Below are positions 61,490 through 64,000 of a DNA stretch of 64,000 nt, in pieces. Origin of the DNA: an uncultured Gammaproteobacteria bacterium (lineage in GTDB: Bacteria; Patescibacteriota; Microgenomatia; UBA10105; UBA927); assembly GCA_964349125.1 (NCBI GenBank), contig CAYGFH010000003.1, positions 17,501 to 81,500 of the forward strand. The letters are read 5' to 3'. A program made the translations under genes and the position numbers. The first letter of the stretch is position 1. The number at the start of each line of letters is the position of its first letter. The notes below the pieces were generated by a model. It was given only the letters and a program-made list of their open reading frames with translations. It had not been told where the DNA came from and did not search any database.

Positions 61490-62468
61490 TACCCAGTTTT
61501 CATCGACAATAGAACATACAGAAGTGTACGGTACGGTTGTTACGTTACGCTACACGCCATCGTCCGACGGAAAAAAACCCATTACCGTATCCGTAGCCCC
61601 CGATCGGGGGAGCAATATGTTTGCTTTTCGGTATGGGGAGAGTGACATTATCTATACAGAACCAGAACTTCTAAAGACCTGTGGATTTACGGGAAATTTT
61701 GTTCTGTTTCCCACACCCAACAGAGTCAAGGATGCACAGTACACGTGGCATGGTCGAACCGTCAGACAGAAAAAACACACCGAGGCACGGATACTCCATG
61801 GACTCGTGTACGATGAGTCCTGGCAGTTCGATGCCCCGATCGTTTCCGACGATGCTGTTTCAGTAACTACGTTCATATCCATCACAGGGCAATCGTCTCT
61901 ATATGAGTCTTATCCATTTTTATCTACATTGAGGCTTTGCTATACACTTCGATCCAGTGGAGTCACTGTTACATATACAGTGAATAATGACGGGGATGAG
62001 GACATGCCGTTTGGGTTTGCCTTGCATCCGTATTTTTCCCTCCTATCCGGCAGTGAAAACACATACATATCCGTACCTGCAAAAAGCTGGATGGAATCAC
62101 CCAGCGATACGTTACTGCCAACTGGAAATCTTATAGACGTTTCCGGTAAACCCTATAATATAAATACTCCACGGCCTATAGCAGAATTATCGCTTGATCA
62201 TGTGTACACAGACCTGGTGCCCAGGCAGTATGCGACTATCGAATACAGGACACTCGGCCTACGGCTATCACTTCTCACCACGGAAGATTTCACGCATACG
62301 GTGGTGTATACCGGTCACAAAAATGCGGTGTGTATCGAAAATCAAACGTGTTCCACAGACGCCGTTAACCTTTCAAACCGCGGGTACATACGGGAATCGC
62401 ACGTACTCACACTCAAGCCGGACGCCACACACAAAGGAACTATTTCATATACCATCAATTCCTTATAA
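61482..62468 (+). CDS. galM: Aldose 1-epimerase (galactose mutarotase-like)
   Basis: FALHPYF is the aldose-epimerase motif. It has a beta-sandwich family size. There is an ATGACTGA overlap with galT. Confidence 0.7.
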   Translation: MTDTQFSSTIEHTEVYGTVVTLRYTPSSDGKKPITVSVAPDRGSNMFAFRYGESDIIYTEPELLKTCGFTGNFVLFPTPNRVKDAQYTWHGRTVRQKKHTEARILHGLVYDESWQFDAPIVSDDAVSVTTFISITGQSSLYESYPFLSTLRLCYTLRSSGVTVTYTVNNDGDEDMPFGFALHPYFSLLSGSENTYISVPAKSWMESPSDTLLPTGNLIDVSGKPYNINTPRPIAELSLDHVYTDLVPRQYATIEYRTLGLRLSLLTTEDFTHTVVYTGHKNAVCIENQTCSTDAVNLSNRGYIRESHVLTLKPDATHKGTISYTINSL

Positions 62469-62588
62469 ATCGATTTTGCTCCTATACAAGATAGCCGATC
62501 TAAGAATATCCTTGACCAGGCCCTACCCTGATATGATCCTCCTGCTATCACTCATGCCCACGATTTCAACAGATTAAAACCTATAGTA

Positions 62589-62617
62589 TTGACTCGCAGC
62601 TCACATTCAGATATACT
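62589..62617 (+). promoter_or_regulatory. Sigma70-like promoter TTGACT-17nt-TATACT upstream of the 62621 gene
   Basis: TTGACT at 62589-62594, a 17 nt spacer, and TATACT at 62612-62617. Confidence 0.4.
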
Positions 62618-62620
62618 TTT

Positions 62621-63454
62621 GTGGCTAAATTGCCGTTGTTATACGTTTCATGTTTCTATTCATACATACACGTTATGGGTGCAGAACAACCAACATCATT
62701 TGAGGGGTTTGAACAAGAAGCATATCAGCTATTATTCAAGCCAAGGATATCAGAGGCATTTCTTTCCAGGTCGACTGTGAACTGGGAATTAATTACTGAT
62801 ATTGGCGATGATGGTGTAGCGTTTCATTTTTTCCAGACTAGGAATTCATTTCAGGTTACAGATGTAGCAAACGCTCTATTTAACGATGGGAGTGATCTGT
62901 ATATCGCATCATATGAGAACGGCCAGATACATCCGGTAGCACAAATTAAACGTGGAAATATGCTTGCTCGATTGATAGAGCGCTTTGATCTCGCAACGCA
63001 TAATCTAAAATATTACCATCACGCCCTCGCATCTGACTGGCTTTTATATACATCACTTGATGAGGAGTTCGCTCTCCTTCACAAACATCACACGTGTATT
63101 GAACTAGAAGATAATTGGGTGAGTGTTTTTACAAATTACCAATTCGCTAAGGAACATACTCGGTTCATCAATTCAACTAACTTAACCTGGAAACACCCCT
63201 GGATACCTAAAGGGTCAACTATAACATCCAAATATCCCACTCTAGTAAAAAATCCTGATGTGCGCGGTAACGGATTTACACCATATGGTAATAAAAATGG
63301 CATAGTTCCTATAGAGATCGATAATACTGACACTATTATGTTTGCCTGCTCTGTAACTGACTCCGGACTTGTTATCCCAGCCCGTCCGATTCATGAGGAT
63401 TATCGAGAATCCATGTATAGGTTGTATATGAATGCGCACAGCGCAAACGAGTGA
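62621..63454 (+). CDS. Hypothetical protein (no recognisable domain)
   Basis: An open frame of 277 aa. An alternative start lies at 62675 (MGAEQPT...). It follows the gal operon. Confidence 0.4.
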   Translation: MAKLPLLYVSCFYSYIHVMGAEQPTSFEGFEQEAYQLLFKPRISEAFLSRSTVNWELITDIGDDGVAFHFFQTRNSFQVTDVANALFNDGSDLYIASYENGQIHPVAQIKRGNMLARLIERFDLATHNLKYYHHALASDWLLYTSLDEEFALLHKHHTCIELEDNWVSVFTNYQFAKEHTRFINSTNLTWKHPWIPKGSTITSKYPTLVKNPDVRGNGFTPYGNKNGIVPIEIDNTDTIMFACSVTDSGLVIPARPIHEDYRESMYRLYMNAHSANE

Positions 63455-63466
63455 GAACAAATCGTA

Positions 63467-63955
63467 TTACAGGTCATATGCAGGCAATTCTGATGGCCTG
63501 AATCTAGGTGTTTTAGTCCAGAGTTTTTGACGTGGAGATCTAAAGTGCTGTAACTGATCAAACACATCCTGATGCACACTCACAACTGATCCATTCAGTA
63601 AAAATTTCTGTTTATTTCTTGCTGTGAGTGACTGAATAAATGACTCGCGTATTATAGCGTCAAAATACCCGGTTGGTTTTCCCGTACTACGTGATAATTC
63701 AGAAACCAGCGGGGCAAGAAACAAATAACTTAACCCATGATCATACTCACCCAATACCCACTCAAGTGATCGCTTAGGGGTGTGCGCACTTAATATCCGG
63801 TTAGACGCAAAGTCTTTTGTCAGAATATCTCCGCGAATTGTTTGCAGTACGCTATCCCACACATAGTAAAAATTAGCCCCGTGCATTTCAAACGCCAATC
63901 CTGTATGTCCCTTTTCAGGGTCCTCAAGTGATAAGAAGTAATTCCACGCTGACAT
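63467..63955 (-). CDS. Hypothetical protein (no recognisable domain), convergent with the 62621 gene
   Basis: A 162 aa open frame. The frame may continue upstream toward the window end. Confidence 0.35.
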   Translation of the reverse strand: MSAWNYFLSLEDPEKGHTGLAFEMHGANFYYVWDSVLQTIRGDILTKDFASNRILSAHTPKRSLEWVLGEYDHGLSYLFLAPLVSELSRSTGKPTGYFDAIIRESFIQSLTARNKQKFLLNGSVVSVHQDVFDQLQHFRSPRQKLWTKTPRFRPSELPAYDL

Positions 63956-64000
63956 AATCGGCTGAATCAGGCGGGTACTGATAAATTCGTCCTGTCCCGA

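Overview
This 64 kb window reads as a compact, gene-dense bacterial chromosome segment with a Gram-positive-like cell envelope, most consistent with a Patescibacteria/CPR (Saccharibacteria-like) organism; that lineage assignment is inference from gene content and is not verified. Both strands carry short intergenic spaces and many ATGA-type translationally coupled gene overlaps. The contents, left to right:

- **1-7.1 kb:** a sortase-dependent surface-protein locus. It holds a giant repetitive LPSTG adhesin truncated at the window edge, two sortases, and two secreted proteins carrying an unusual YAKT-type C-terminal sorting signal.
- **8.3-16 kb:** thrS with a long leader that resembles a T-box attenuator, followed by infC-rpmI-rplT, pheS-pheT and coaBC.
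- **16-18.6 kb:** a class A penicillin-binding protein.
- **18.6-19 kb:** a roughly 370 nt noncoding region with two intrinsic terminators, a candidate structured RNA or leader.
- **19-23 kb:** a translationally coupled PRTase-like / HAD phosphatase / nucleoside hydrolase operon that runs into tyrS.
- **23-27.9 kb:** recG, then rpmF-nusB-rnc-rpsP-KH-trmD.
- **27.9-43 kb:** a complete type IV pilus system on the minus strand (pilMNO, a PilX-like gene, six prepilin genes, pilD, pilC, pilT, pilB). Two large GT-C-type membrane glycosyltransferase-like genes (YfhO-like and DUF2723/TMEM260-like) are embedded in it.
- **43-52 kb:** holB, a gap-pgk-gpmA glycolytic operon, and gyrB-ppa-gyrA.
- **52-54.7 kb:** folD flanked by two SIMPL (DUF541) paralogs.
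- **54.7-63.5 kb:** a sugar-utilisation locus. An AAA-like regulator with a C-terminal OmpR-type winged helix is transcribed divergently from an operon of an unknown 596 aa DxDGT-motif protein, a eukaryote-type hexokinase, galK, galT and galM. Two hypothetical genes follow.

I found no tRNA or rRNA genes, CRISPR arrays, or recognisable mobile elements.
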